Shown here: positions 1 through 28,937 of the stretch, piece after piece
Layout of the letters: every line of letters begins with the position of its first letter
Numbering within the stretch: position 1 is the stretch's first letter
NCBI RefSeq assembly: GCF_025612915.1
Contig: NC_069114.1
Location: 49,706,639-49,770,638, forward strand
DNA from: Crassostrea angulata
Lineage: Eukaryota
Length of the DNA stretch: 64,000 nt
Direction of reading: 5' to 3'
Notes under the pieces: generated by a model
The model's database searches: none
Told to the model about the DNA's origin: nothing
Seen by the model: only the letters and a program-made list of their open reading frames with translations
Made by a program: the position numbers and the translations under genes

Positions 1-1194
1 TTGGGGTGGGCGGTTTTGGGGTCTTGAGGAGTTCAGGTGTACTACTGAAGATGGCGTCCGCCGGGTCTGAGTACAGACGCCGACATTTAGGCGTCCCCGA
101 GGAACCGGCGTCTGGTTGAACTGTCCGCGTGTTTGTGCGTGTCGGGGGCACGAACTTCTGGCTGCCGCGCATTTTCTTTCTGTGACCTAGAAATAAAACA
201 CAGTAGCGTGTGAAGGAACCAAATTCGTCTGGTTTCATTTAACGTGAAGTAAAAGCAATGACAGTTGTGCGTTTATTGAATTAATGCAAAACAATAAACA
301 ACTTATTTTCTATTGCGATGTACCATTCATCCCCCATTTATTTAATGTAGGTCAAGGAATTGTCATATTTTTTTCTTAATCTGGTGACATTCAAACTTAC
401 AAAACGTTTTCTAATCGTGCTAAATCTATTTAAAGCTTCCAATTTGATATTTCTTTGATATGAAAATTCTTATATTAATAATATATTTGAATACATGTAC
501 TTCTTTCCATAAAATGTTATTTGCGTTTCCATTCAAATACAGGCGCACCATAATTAATTTGCATTTTGCGTAACTTTTATACATTTTATGAACGAAGTAT
601 TTTGTTTGCAAGTAACGATCATTCTGCGATGGTGGTGATACATTTGTAGTTTCAATTAAAGCACACTTATTGCAAAGGGCGATGGATTACATAAACATAC
701 AGACGATTTATCACATCCACTATACATCAAAAATAAATTAAAGCTGTTCTGATATTATATTATTCGCTATTCTGTAAAATATCAGCAAAAGTCTTATTGC
801 AAGAGACGTCGTCTTGGCTATTTTAAAAGAATCGTTGTTTATAGTCTTAAATTAGATTATTTTATATGTCATAAAAGCTGTGTACGTGCCGAAAATCATT
901 TAGCGGTAAATGCACGTGAATATCCTGGTTTGGGGATTTGACAGTGCATATGGCATCATCTCTCTGCCCCAGTCCACTACACCTGTGAGGCCTATATCCT
1001 TGTTACCTCCATCACAAAACTAAACAAGACATGTTTTAGAAACATGTATGCCCCAAACCATATATGTGGCGACACTGAGAAGGTCGGCTTTTTTCGCAAG
1101 GTTAGTTCTGAGTGCACGGCAAAGCAAGAGATTCTCAAGATATTAATTAATGGGGCAATATCTACCCATGTTCAGACTCCAGCAAGTAAGTTTG

Positions 1195-1460
1195 GCCCTT
1201 GACCCTACAACTTTTAACCTTAGAATCAAAAGAGTTCTCTACTTTCAAACGAGAGCCAAAAGGGAATCATATACTAGTATAAGGCTTGGTGTTTATTTGG
1301 GAAAAGGTTTTCAAGATAAACAGAAAACGTCTTTCTGTTACCCTTGACCTTACACCTTATAACCTTCAAATCAAAGGGGGTTCTCTGCTCCTCGTATATA
1401 AGGAGTGTCATCGAAAAAAAAGCTTGGTGTCATGGTTTTCGAGATAATCGGAAACTTTCT
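1195..1460. repeat. Tandem duplication, two diverged copies of about 130 bp (ttgacc.tacaac.tttaacct.a.aatcaaa.g.gttctct)
   Basis: Two adjacent related units. Confidence 0.5.
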
Positions 1461-2529
1461 CTCTATTTCGGGGCATTTTGATCCTAGACCTATTTATCTG
1501 GAAACTCTATGAATTACTAGTATTAATATTGGCTACGTCTGGGTTTCCTGTAGCCCGAGGTGCATTATGATTCTCAAAGTATAAGTGGACAACAGTTGAT
1601 GAACTGTAATGTTACCATTGGCCTTGCGACTAAAATAATAGCAGTGGTTAACATCTCCATAAATGGCACCATTGAATCTTATTTGGTGTTTATGTTCATC
1701 CTGCCAATTCGAGTCTATCGGAAAGCACTTGATCAACCCTACATAGACCTTGACCTTGTGACCTCAGGATAAATAGGGGTCATCCACTCTTTATGGGGTA
1801 CCAAGGTTTTAAGCTCAGGCGGTGATTTTTAAGATATTGATCGAACATATTGAATTTTGATTTTGTTCAATGACTTGCTCGTTGCCCGACAGGTGAAAAA
1901 AAAATACCCCCCCCCCCTTTTTTTTAAAGGGGGAAGGGGGGGGGGATAAAGCTACATTTTGTATTATTAAAGGATGTCTGAATATTAACGTATGACTGAA
2001 AAGGGAAGGGGGTGGCAAGTGAAACATCGAGCGAGTATAAGAAATTATATAAATATGCATGTGCATATATAACGAGCACGTGCATTGTCCCCAAAAGCCG
2101 CGCAGACGTCAACTTGTACTTATGCGTTCACAGAAGATAATTTGGAGAAAAATATCAATGTTTTAACCTGCATCATGTAAACCATATGCATACTTTGTAA
2201 ATGATTGGAAAATAAACTGTCGTAATGTAAATCTTATAGCGAGCGAAGCGAGCTCTGAGAACCAGTGTGCGCGGGAAAAAGAACGAGCTAAACCTACAGT
2301 TCATCAAACAAAATTTTTTGTCTACGTCCCATAATGCTCTCTAATGTTTTCACCCGTGGTGCTACGCCAAAAATGGCCGACTTTTAACTCGTAATTTACA
2401 GTGACTTAAAGTTTGAAGACACGTTTTGAGTACCGCATATGCTTTGGCGAGACTCAAAAGATTTGTTACATGCTTCCATACCTCCGTATTGAGTCGAGAA
2501 ACGTAAACAAAGACGAACAAAGTTATGGA

Positions 2530-3392
2530 TGACGTCACAGTGCACTCGCGCTATATTTCCCGCGATAAATTTAGAGGTGGATCAAACATCTGTAATGCGT
2601 GTACTAGCTATTTCAGTATAGACTGCGATACCCGCCTCATTGACGTATGATTTATTTTTAATTTTTTTAATATAGAGATTTTATGTATATATATTAGCAA
2701 GAGCCTTACTGTACTTTACTGTCATATCGATCCATTTTTAAGCTAATTGTGCCTGCATGAGTAGGGAGGAAATAAACAATAGGACATTTTGAAATAAATA
2801 AAAAGGAATAAAATGAAAAAAAAACAGTTAAAAAAATTATGTAGGACATATAGTCAGACTATTAAATTTAAAAGTGGGAAATTACACACCTACAAACAGG
2901 TACCGGTCTCCCGATCTCTCTCTCTCTCTCTCTCTCTGGGAAGGGGGTTGCGCTGTATGTATCATAACCATTAAAATTAGTACCTTTGGCATACTTATTG
3001 TAGAGCAATACTCTCTCAAAAATTCTTTGACGCTCGTTGATGCAAGGTATGTGTAATTCTTGCTGCGCTCGCCAGAACGGTAGCACCGTAAAACATATTA
3101 ATAAATGAATGAAATTTTAAAAAAAATTACCTCTAACACCGCTTGAACGGAGAATGAACTTTGACCTCATAAGCCACACCTCTTGACGTCACTGTTATAC
3201 GCTATACACAACGCGGTGGGCAGTTGATTCATAATACGACGATGTTTGTGTTCGTGTTGAAATATTGAAGTCTTGAACTATTTATACCAGTGATTTATAT
3301 ACAGGGAGAGGAATTACAACAACTCTTCTACCAGATAAGTTACATTTATCGACAAAGAGAATTCTGACATTAAAATTCCGCTGACGTCCATT
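2530..3392 (+). promoter_or_regulatory. Cluster of CRE/ATF motifs upstream of the SMOX-like ATG: TGACGTCA at 2530-2537 and 3185-3192, TGACGTC at 3383-3389. Candidate promoter.
   Basis: The motifs are read directly. The nearest is 36 bp upstream of the ATG at 3425. The regulatory role is inferred. Confidence 0.3.
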
Positions 3393-3424
3393 GTCAGCTG
3401 GCTGATTTGCATGTCAGACGAAAC

Positions 3425-13755
<10,331 letters not shown>

Positions 13756-14644
13756 ACGTCATGGTTCATTGAATTCCTTCCAGTGTGCACTGTGTATCAC
13801 CATGACAAATAAGAGACCACATGATATATACTATATTGATGAACGTGTATACTGTCAATGTTATTGTTTTTTTTAGTTGTTTTTTTTCTCCTTGCAATTA
13901 TTTCCTAGTCTGTAGCTGATTTTTTATAAGCACCATGAAATGGACAAGAGATGACAACAGTAACACAGTCATCTCCCTTTGTTGTGAGGACCGTATATAT
14001 CTATTGCTTTTTTCTATACATTGTACCAAGTGATCAGTAAGGAGTTCGTACATCTTGATCTCAGCTATGTTAAAGGGTTTGGGAAACTTACAACGCACAA
14101 AACAGTTCTCTTGCCGGTGACAGCACGGAAAGCTTAGGATGTGGGGATGGTGTCTTATTCACTGCCAAAATTCAAACTCTAAGAAGTTTTACCTCAGTAC
14201 ATAAGTTTAAGCACAGATTAGACTTACGGAATTAATGTCACTGATTAGAGAATAGGAATTTAGTGGTGCTTTTATTCCAGACATTTTTTTTTTAGAATTT
14301 GAAATGGTAATGGTATTTGCATCTACCTATATGATAACAGCTTAAGGAACACTGGTGCGAGCTGATTTATTTGCTTTAAGCTTCTCAAAGAAATCAAAAC
14401 TTTGATGTTGGATGTTTGTTTAAAGCACCTCTCATAGACTCTACCTCTTTGTTACAGAGATGAAGGAAAAACATGATGATAAAATGTTGGAATTGTTTTG
14501 TAAATGTTTATATATTGTAAAAACTTGTAAAACTAGGCAATCGCTAGGATTTTGTTTTAGTTCTCCAGGCTCCAGCTGATGCAGCATGTTTGCTTTGAAT
14601 ATAAGCATAGTCAGCCAAGACATCCCTTACCAAAGCCAGGAAAT

Positions 14645-15110
14645 AGGAATCTGGCTTCTGTGACATTAGCCAGTCTATAGGATTCTGGCTTCTGTGACAT
14701 TAGCCCATCTATAGGATTCTGGCTTCTGTGACATTAGCCCGTGTATAGGTTTCTGGCTTCTGTGACATTAGCCAGTCTATAGGAATCTGACTTCTGTGAC
14801 ATTAGCCAGGCTATAGAGGTCTGGCTTCTGTGACATTGGCTATTGAGGTCTGGCTTCTGTGACATTAGCCAGTCTATAGGATTCTGGCTTCTGTGACATT
14901 AGCCAGGCTATAGGAATCTGACTTCTGTGACATTAGCCAGTCTATAGGATTCTGGCTTCTGTGACATTAGCCAGACTATAGGATTCTGGCTTCTGTGACA
15001 TTAGCCAGGCTATAGGAATCTGACTTCTGTAACATTAGCCAGTCTATAGGAATCTGGCTTGTGTGACATTAGCCAGGCTATAGGAATGCTATAGGATTCT
15101 GTGATGTTAG
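14645..15110. repeat. Minisatellite, about 12 copies of a 39-40-bp unit (ctataggattctggcttctgtgacattagccag), in the SMOX 3' flank
   Basis: Tandem array visible directly in the sequence. Confidence 0.85.
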
Positions 15111-16187
15111 CTTGGCCTCTTTCATGTTATTCAGTGTTAAGGTTTCTGTGGTGAAAAATATTCACTCCAGCAATTTCTAGCTTCATTATTCATCAATAGA
15201 GATAGACCTATGATGGATGAAAGTGTGAATAGAAGAAATAGTGAGTAGTTTGAAAGCAACATGGAAGAATGCTGTTTGATGTTTTTATCAGTACAAATGA
15301 AATGCATTTAGAATTTTTTTTCATTCAATGAAATATGTAAATTTCCATGATATATGAAAAAGAAATGTGCTATTTTGTATGCTTTGATGTATATATTTAG
15401 ACGTTATGATTAATTTATTGATGAAATCATACCTCAGATGTGTCGCAAATTTTATCATGAAAGGTTATGCATTGAATTATTGTGAATTTTGTCTCTAAAT
15501 TTTATTATTAGAGTATATGATATTTTACTGTGGTGCATTGAGAACAGTTGTGTATTTATTCAGAAAACACTAATATGTACCAATGATACTGGTGGGATAA
15601 AGTCGGGGACAGACGCACCAAGGAATTGACTTTTCTGTCCCTTCTCCAGATGTTGATGAGATTGTTTTTATGTGAGCAGATGATGATAAGACATATATAG
15701 GTGTATATCTGGATTATGCTGTCGTGACAGCAGTCCTAATGGTAATGTTTATGTATCCAATAAAAAATGAATCACAATAGGGCTTGTTGTTACTAGCTTT
15801 TATCTGTGTGCTGTGGGTGTATCCAACCAGTTGTTGTGAAGGTACAGAGCTATCTGGCTGCAGTGTTTTAGATGGACCACTATCCCCTTTCTAGCCAATT
15901 AAAAAAAAGGTTGAAATATTAAAAACTGATGATTGCTATAAGGAAGAAATTCAATAGCTAAACAATTTATGCTTGTATACAATGGGTTGGAGCAGTTTAC
16001 ACTTTATAAACAGTGTAGCTGTTCTTAATAAAGTAACAACTGTTACAATGACGGTGACAAAAGGGAATTCTTACTGTAATAACTGACTGAAGTTTGCTGG
16101 TCATGATTTTCCAGTATTGGGACTTGTAATTCAAGATTGCAGATCATGATCTTTCTGTACTGTAGTTGTCATACATGTATGTGAGTA

Positions 16188-16360
16188 ATGACTGAAGTTT
16201 GGTGGCCTTGATCATCCAGTATTGTGACTCTGTCATCAGTGACTGAAGTTTGCTGGCCTTGATCTTCCAGTATTGGGACTCTGTCATCAGTGACTGAAGT
16301 TTGCTGGCCTTGATCTTCCAGTATTGTGACTCTGTCATCAGTGACTGAAGTTTGCTGGCC
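16188..16360. repeat. Tandem repeat, about 3.5 copies of a 57-bp unit (gactgaagtttgctggccttgatcttccagtattgggactctgtcatcagt)
   Basis: Tandem array; explains the MTESQYWKIKASKLQSL repeat in ORF 16144-16338. Confidence 0.8.
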
Positions 16361-19300
16361 GCTGTCCTGGAATTTACCCTAAGAAATCGGGAATGTTCTG
16401 TGTGCCACCTTCAAACAGCATTTCCTGTTAGCTATGTCATAAAGCTGACAATGGTGGGCCATAATGAGAGGAAGAGGACTGACCCAGTGATAGATTGCTA
16501 ATGACTTGCACTTAGCCTCATTAGACGTCAGTCCCATTAATTTACCAAGTGTCCCCATTACCAGCAAGTTGTGTATTTTCCATTAACAAATACTTCTTAA
16601 AATGAATTTTAATAAGGTACTGTTTCTGATTTTTTGAAAATCTCGGATTTCCAGATATTGATTTGGTTTGTAGGTGTGTCATGTTTTTTTTGCTTGTAAG
16701 TGATATTCTATAACATGTACAATTTAATAAAAAAGACATTGGAAACATTTTTATTTTCAAAAACTTTACATGAATAACAAATCAACAACCAAAGCATACA
16801 TGTACATGTAGATATAATAAAGTAACGGGACTGCACACATACACGCAGCACAGTAGGACTATCACAGAGCTAGGAAAACACCTATACAGATATCATCTAC
16901 GAAACTCAGAAGATATTCGGTACTTTCAAGCATTGCACACAAATAAATAAAAGAAAATAATATCTTAAATCAATAATGAATACAATGATCAAGCAAGGCA
17001 ACAGTTCAGAAAATAGTTCATCTAGTATTCTATGGTCATTCTAAGTACCTGTACTTATCTTTGTGCAATTAAAGTTTTTGGAGTGTTAATATTCATCGAT
17101 CTAATGACACAAATGTAAAGCATACACATTAATAAACACAATGTAGGTATAGACGGCAATGACAACCCGGGCTGCAATATTTAATCTATATCTACAAGAG
17201 CCGCAGGTTAGCAGATCTATAAACTCTGAAGTTTGTTGTCTGTTTTATAGCAAAGAAATTTCCAGTGACAATGAACACCAGATGAAAGTGGCCATAAAAA
17301 ATGTCACACCAAGTCCTATAGGTAAAACAGTGCAGCTTTGAAATGGGTCAAGGTATGATGTCCCTAACTCTCATCATGGGATCTGAATGGACACACTTCT
17401 GCTCCATTATTTGATATATCTCCAAAAGTATTTATCATTATGATAAGAGATTAATTGCATGGGTATTTCTGATTGAGAAGGGTCTATATTTTGATCTCTT
17501 AAAAAAATCAATGATGTTGCTATATGACGTCTCATGATTACGGTACACAATAAACACAGAAAACTATTAAGTTATAGTACGTAAACTGCATTTCAATTTA
17601 AAAGTTTTAAATTTAAATCTAATATATCAGTTCTATAGCATAACTATTACATCTTATAACCTAGATGTTCTGGTATATAGAAGAAGACCTGTGGGGTTTT
17701 TTTATTCAGCAAATTTTAGCTCGGATACAAAATGAATTCTTCCCCTACAGCTTGAAATTACACTGCAGTTTTCTTCTTTAAGAATGTTTGTAAGCATAAA
17801 TTAAGCAAGACATTTTGAAACATGTACCATCAATATACGTACAGGTCTATGTTCCTGTAAACATACAGGGAAGGGTACAATAAATCAGATAGGAGACTAG
17901 AGGAGACTCCTCATGTTCCCAGGCCAGAGATCAATATGGTAGGCAATGGTTCACTGTATCACTCAATTTACACATGATCTGGCGAAATCATATAAATCCA
18001 TTTCAAGGACTACGATCAGTCCAAATGGAGGCTGTCATATCAAGTACACCCAAACATGTCAAAATAGAAGAGTTATCAAGTATCAGTAAATTATCTTAAA
18101 ATACTGGGGCAAGGAATGTAGAGAACCATATAAACATTCGCACATATACAAATACTTGCACACATTATAATAACACCCCCCTCCCCAATAAATTGATACA
18201 TCTGGTGCCCTTGTTTTCAGAGCTCGATAAAAAACAAATAGTATTTAATTGGCTCCATTCTTATTGGGCATCACGCCCGTAAGACACAAATAGATAAACT
18301 TGTTGGCACAGAAATTTCATTAAGACATGAAAATGGTAACAAAAATTTTACAATAACACAGCAGTAATATGAATGTAAAAAATATATACTATCACAGAAA
18401 AGTATGTAAAAAACACCATGAGGTTCCCAAAAAAAGTTCCAGCACATCTCCATAGAAATAGAAATATTTTACAGTGTATATCAATATTAAGATATAAAAG
18501 CATCAGCAGAATTGAACCCCTGAGGCTTTTTGATCCACCCCCATAATGCTGATCATCAGAATGAAGATTTTGACGTGGTATGTAGTAAATGAACATCATA
18601 TCACTCCATGCTGAGTGATATTCTGTAATCTAGCGCAGACATCAGGGTCAAATTGATAGGACTGAAAAAAGCAACACAAAAAAACGGCATTACAATCAGT
18701 CGTTAGAGAGGTCGGAGCAGCCTGATAGTGCTACACTTGGCATCTGTGTGCTGAGTAACATGTAATTGTAACAGACAGAAAAATGAAACTCTGTCATCAA
18801 ACTGCAGCTCGTATTTCTTGATATTTAATATAATTTAACATTGATCTCTTTTTGCTGGTGACAAAACATTAAACTAAACGATACCAGGTCAATTTTATGA
18901 CAGTCCTTCAGGTTGTTATATACAGACATAAACATCAAACAGGTCACTACCAGTATATATTTGATACGGTCAAACATCTGCTCCTATTTTTTACCATTTT
19001 TAGATAGCATAATACATGTATCAAAAGTAGATTTTCATTGAACATTCATTAGTAAATGCCTATCACGATAATCTCACTATTAACCATTAAAGTTTGTTTA
19101 TCTTATATGTCACTAAAATTGGCAACTTTTACAATTTTTACAAACAAATGCAAAAAATTGCATTTTTTTCTTCATATTAATTTCCTCTTTTGAAGTATAG
19201 GGGGCATAGCTATAATTTTATTTTTAGCTGATCCCATACCATTTTTACATAAGTTTGATGTTCACAAACTTTGGTGATTCATGCGGAAAGCGAGTTTGCA

Positions 19301-19364
19301 GAAAAAATAAACATCCCACGTTTGTAGTAAATTTTTTCTGCAATGATCACTACCATCATAGCCC

Positions 19365-19500
19365 TCAAACTTTTTAGGAGTTTGATTTTTTGGAGCAAAA
19401 AAAAAAAATGCACGCAAACTCTTTAGAAGTTTGATTTTGGGGCCAAAAAAAAAATGCTCGCACTCTTTAGGAGTTTGATTTTTGGGGCAAAAAAAAGCAT
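19365..19500. repeat. Tandem repeat, 3 copies of about 55 bp (ctttaggagtttgatttttggggcaaaaaaaaaatgc.cgca)
   Basis: Tandem array; explains the repeats in ORF 19262-19516. Confidence 0.75.
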
Positions 19501-21987
19501 AATAGTAATACTGCATGTAGTCCTTATAAATGTCTATTTCGATTAATTCATTATGTTCCAGGACTAAGACATCTCTTACATAACATGTGACCTTGGCTCA
19601 ATGACCTTGATATTAATAAGATAATAACTAACATTATGTGGCAGTTTTGAATTACTCTGAGAAAGCTAAAACATATGTTTTATGTGGATATATAGAGTGC
19701 AGACTATCCGATTGATGTATCAAAAACAATGTATTTTTGTAAATAGCCTGAATTTATACCAAGAATTGAGACTGAACCAGTAATAAATTACCAGCAATTT
19801 TAAGAACTTGACTCTGGCTGGCTTTTAATTAAGCTCTCATAGTGTTCCAATTTTAAACTATGTGTAAAATTCTGATGCTTCAACTGTCACTACATTAATT
19901 TAAGTTTCATAAATAAAGTAAATTTATGCACACACAGAAAGCCATTTCCTGGTCCTATTTATGCAGACAAGTTTATATCTATCATAAAGTGAGTCAGCAG
20001 ATACTGAAAGTATATAATGTATATACTATTGTGTAATCATTGTTTGGCATATGAATGTATAGACTGAGCTTTACCGAGCTTTGTCGATTAAACCATAAAT
20101 TGGGACATTAATCTGGGGACTCGCAGTTACAACATAATGGATGCATTATCCCACTCTGATGTGTCGAGCAACATTGACTGATGCAAGTCCCCCAAACCTT
20201 AAAGACTTCATGAGGCTGTGTCATGTATTGCATGGTACAAATTAATTCATTATTCAAAAGAGAAAAAAATATACATCAAAACAGAGTACAGGTATTTACA
20301 TGTCACAAACTTATTTGCAAACAAGAACATTTGATGTTAAACTTGACATTACACAAATCAGTGGCATGGTCTTCTAGTGCAAGTTGCTTTCAGCAATTAA
20401 TTAACATAATATATAGTCAGGTACTTCAGCAGTTCAAGATATATCTGCAAACACATTCAAAGAGAGCCAGGCAGCGGAGTGGTAGGGGACTGTGACAGTT
20501 CAAGATTTAGTATGCAGCAATAAAATTTAAGTTATTGTTTGCTTATCAAACCTTTTGCATACAAATGAAAGGAATTCCAGATCAGGAACTTATAATTGTC
20601 ATTAACTTCTATCACTTTTGAATTGAAATAATTAATAGTTAACCTACAGGTAAAGAACCTATAATTAAACGGCTATCAGAAAGAATCTGCAATGGCTATG
20701 ATCTGTAGGCTTCTATCAACCTTAACTTGTGACCTTGAGAAAAATTTCCACTGATGTCAAGAAGATATATAGTCGGGACTGCCGACAGAGAAGCTAGCTG
20801 ACATTCAAGTTGTAACCACACCCTGGCACACTTCGTTGTTATGAAACTACTATCTTCCATATAAAGACTTTTTTTTCTGTTATGAAACTACTGACTTCAA
20901 TATAGACTTCCTCCTTTATTACAATGCCAATATATATATTTCCCCTGGCATGAAAAAAGTATAATTTTTGGGGTTAAACCTATTATGTTCATTAGCATGT
21001 AGCTAGTCGATTAGTTTTTTCTCAGGTATTTTTAATTCATTCAAATAACAATTTTTAAACATGTGAAAACTAGCCATGCCACAGTATTTAATATTTACAT
21101 CTGCAACTGCATGAGTACCCCTATATGTATTTCCTCTTATATATTTACATAAAAATTAAAATGTATTCATGTGTACGATAGCACCAATAGGGCATGTCTT
21201 ATTATAAATACATCTGGTTAAAGCAGGTTATATTAATCAGTAAGTAAATTGCAAAAAGACCAAATATGGAGAAAAGTCAAAGGTCATATGATTACTAGCT
21301 CTTCCATCTAAGTAACAAACGGTATGATCAATAAAATGACATTTAAGGTACATTTTACTCACTTAATATGAATAATTTAAAGAGATGCATGTATATTTAT
21401 ACAATAAAATGCTTTCTCTTTTTTCATTGCATTTAACCAGATGACACAGATAATAGACCACCTGGGAACTACAGTGCCTCCCATAGTTTAAAAAACTGCA
21501 ATTTACAGTGCACAAAAAATTGCGCTAGTTTTAAAATGATTAATCTTATTTCCGAACAATTTCTGTACAAGTGTTAGATTCAAAAAAAAAATTCCTGGAA
21601 CGTTTTACTACAGATATCGTCACTTTACTTGTACAGAGACAATGTCAGTAGGAAATTGTATGAAGAATTTAATGGTACATGTACTAATTTTTTCCACAGA
21701 ATATGTGTGTAAATAAGGTTAATCTCTCCAAAACAAGGGCAGATTTTTGTGCACCATAAATTGCGGTTGTCCATCCAAATTTTTTCAGATCGGGAGCTAC
21801 AGACCTGCAGCTATGTACGATCAGTGAAATCACACTGCAGAGCAATGCAAGAGCAATAACCCTGATAGGCTGCTGCATCAATGGCAGTGTTTTCATGCTA
21901 TCACCTCAGTAAATATTTCCAGGTAAGTAATTCATCAAATAAAATTCTGACAACAATTACATATAAGAAATAATTGTGAATCAGTCC

Positions 21988-27400
<5,413 letters not shown>

Positions 27401-27831
27401 CTTGAGAAGAAAACCTGATATCAGAAAGATATATGAAAATAAAAAATCCAAGCAAAACATCAAAAGATTCATTTAAATAAAAGCTGTAACCATTTTTCAT
27501 TTAAATTTTCTAAGAAAAAATACTGCATAAATTTAAAAGTCAATGATGGCTTGGCGAAAATGTGCCACAAACCAAACCCTTTCCTACGTGTTGTGCCATA
27601 TATATGCTGCTGTCATTACACTAAATGATTCTAAATATTATGCACGATCACGATACAGAGCAACGAGAAAATTCGAGTTATCCATTTGTATCGTGTTTTC
27701 GGGTTGAGATAAAAGTAATGTTTGTTCCAAATTGAATCAACCTACTTTGATAGCCTAGTTCTTCATCATAGTGTGCAATCTGATATAAAATATTCATTAA
27801 AATGAAAGATTTTCTCTTTTTTCTTACCCTA

Positions 27832-27960
27832 ACAACAAGTCCCAGACCCAAACAATACCAAGACGTGCGTAATATTTAAAACCAGAAAATGTTCCGGGTA
27901 ACAAAAGAATTCCCGGAGCAAACACTACCTCTCCTCTTTTGTTGATTGATAATGGTTTGG
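27832..27960 (-). other. LRP2BP: Putative LRP2BP non-coding 5' exon (donor AGG|gtaaga at 27832-27827), splicing to the acceptor immediately before the ATG
   Basis: The minus strand reads gggacttgttgttagg|gtaagaaaa, and an acceptor ttttcttctcaag abuts the ATG at 27401. The TSS is not determinable. Confidence 0.3.
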
Positions 27961-28115
27961 AAGTAAGTTTTCCAAGTTTTCACACATTACTATGATTTAA
28001 AATGCATATGTATAAAAATATCTTTGTGTTGTAGCGCTACGGAGAAATCCTATATAATTTCTTTTTTAATTTAATTTCGAGTGCTATTGGCAAATTTTAT
28101 TTTACTGGATTCTGA

Positions 28116-28118
<3 letters not shown>

Positions 28119-28181
<63 letters not shown>

Positions 28182-28203
28182 ATATTGAACATGTTGAATG
28201 AAA

Positions 28204-28274
<71 letters not shown>
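28119..28274. repeat. Compound microsatellite with mirror symmetry, (CT)about31 - 27-bp spacer - (GA)about15 - (GT)about18, in the LRP2BP/zinc-finger intergenic promoter region
   Basis: tctctc...ctctcatattgaacatgttgaatgaaaaatttgagagaga...gagtgtgtgt... Confidence 0.9.
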
Positions 28275-28278
<4 letters not shown>

Positions 28279-28804
28279 TATAATTTTGAATACAATAATT
28301 GATAAGTACTATGTCTCTTAACATTTATAATAAAAAGGATTTTTTATATGTTGCGATTAGAGGATGTTTTATCAAAAGTGTTTTCTTTGATTTAGGTGAT
28401 AAGCTGTTAAAAAATAGTATAAGGCTCCGTGCGCAACTTTCTGAACAAAACGCACATTAATTTCTTCTTCTGGGAATTATTAAAACCACAAATTAACAGT
28501 ATGACTCTCAAAATTCAAGACTTTACATAACGAATGTACTAGCTATTAAGAATGTCCAATTTCATCAATACCCATTATTTCCGAGTCGTAGAACTTCTGA
28601 AAGGTGTACACAGATTTCCCCGGGCATCGGCTCGCAGTTAGGGTGCCAGTAATCGGCGGGTAGCTACAGGTAGTCGGTGGCATTAGCAGGGTGATAATTG
28701 TTTACCTGAATAGACCAATAAACAATTGTGTGTGTGGATAATAAACAGAGTTTGACTCGGGGCAGGCGAATTTAATCCACTAACAATTACGTAACACTCA
28801 CGAT

Positions 28805-28937
28805 GTCCCTATATAATACCTGATACACCTGTCAAGCCAGTTTGAGTTTTAACTCAGCTTGGTCCAATTCAATAAAAAAAAAAACCTTGTTCAAATCAAT
28901 AGTGACCGTTGATGGACGCACACATCAAGTTGAGGTT
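28805..28937 (+). promoter_or_regulatory. Putative zinc-finger gene core promoter (TATA ctatataat at about 28811) and first non-coding exon ending at donor gag|gttagt (about 28937)
   Basis: The coding exon at 31055 is preceded by the acceptor tctaatctgtag, so a 5' UTR exon must lie upstream. This region has a TATA box plus a GT donor. The call is speculative. Confidence 0.25.
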
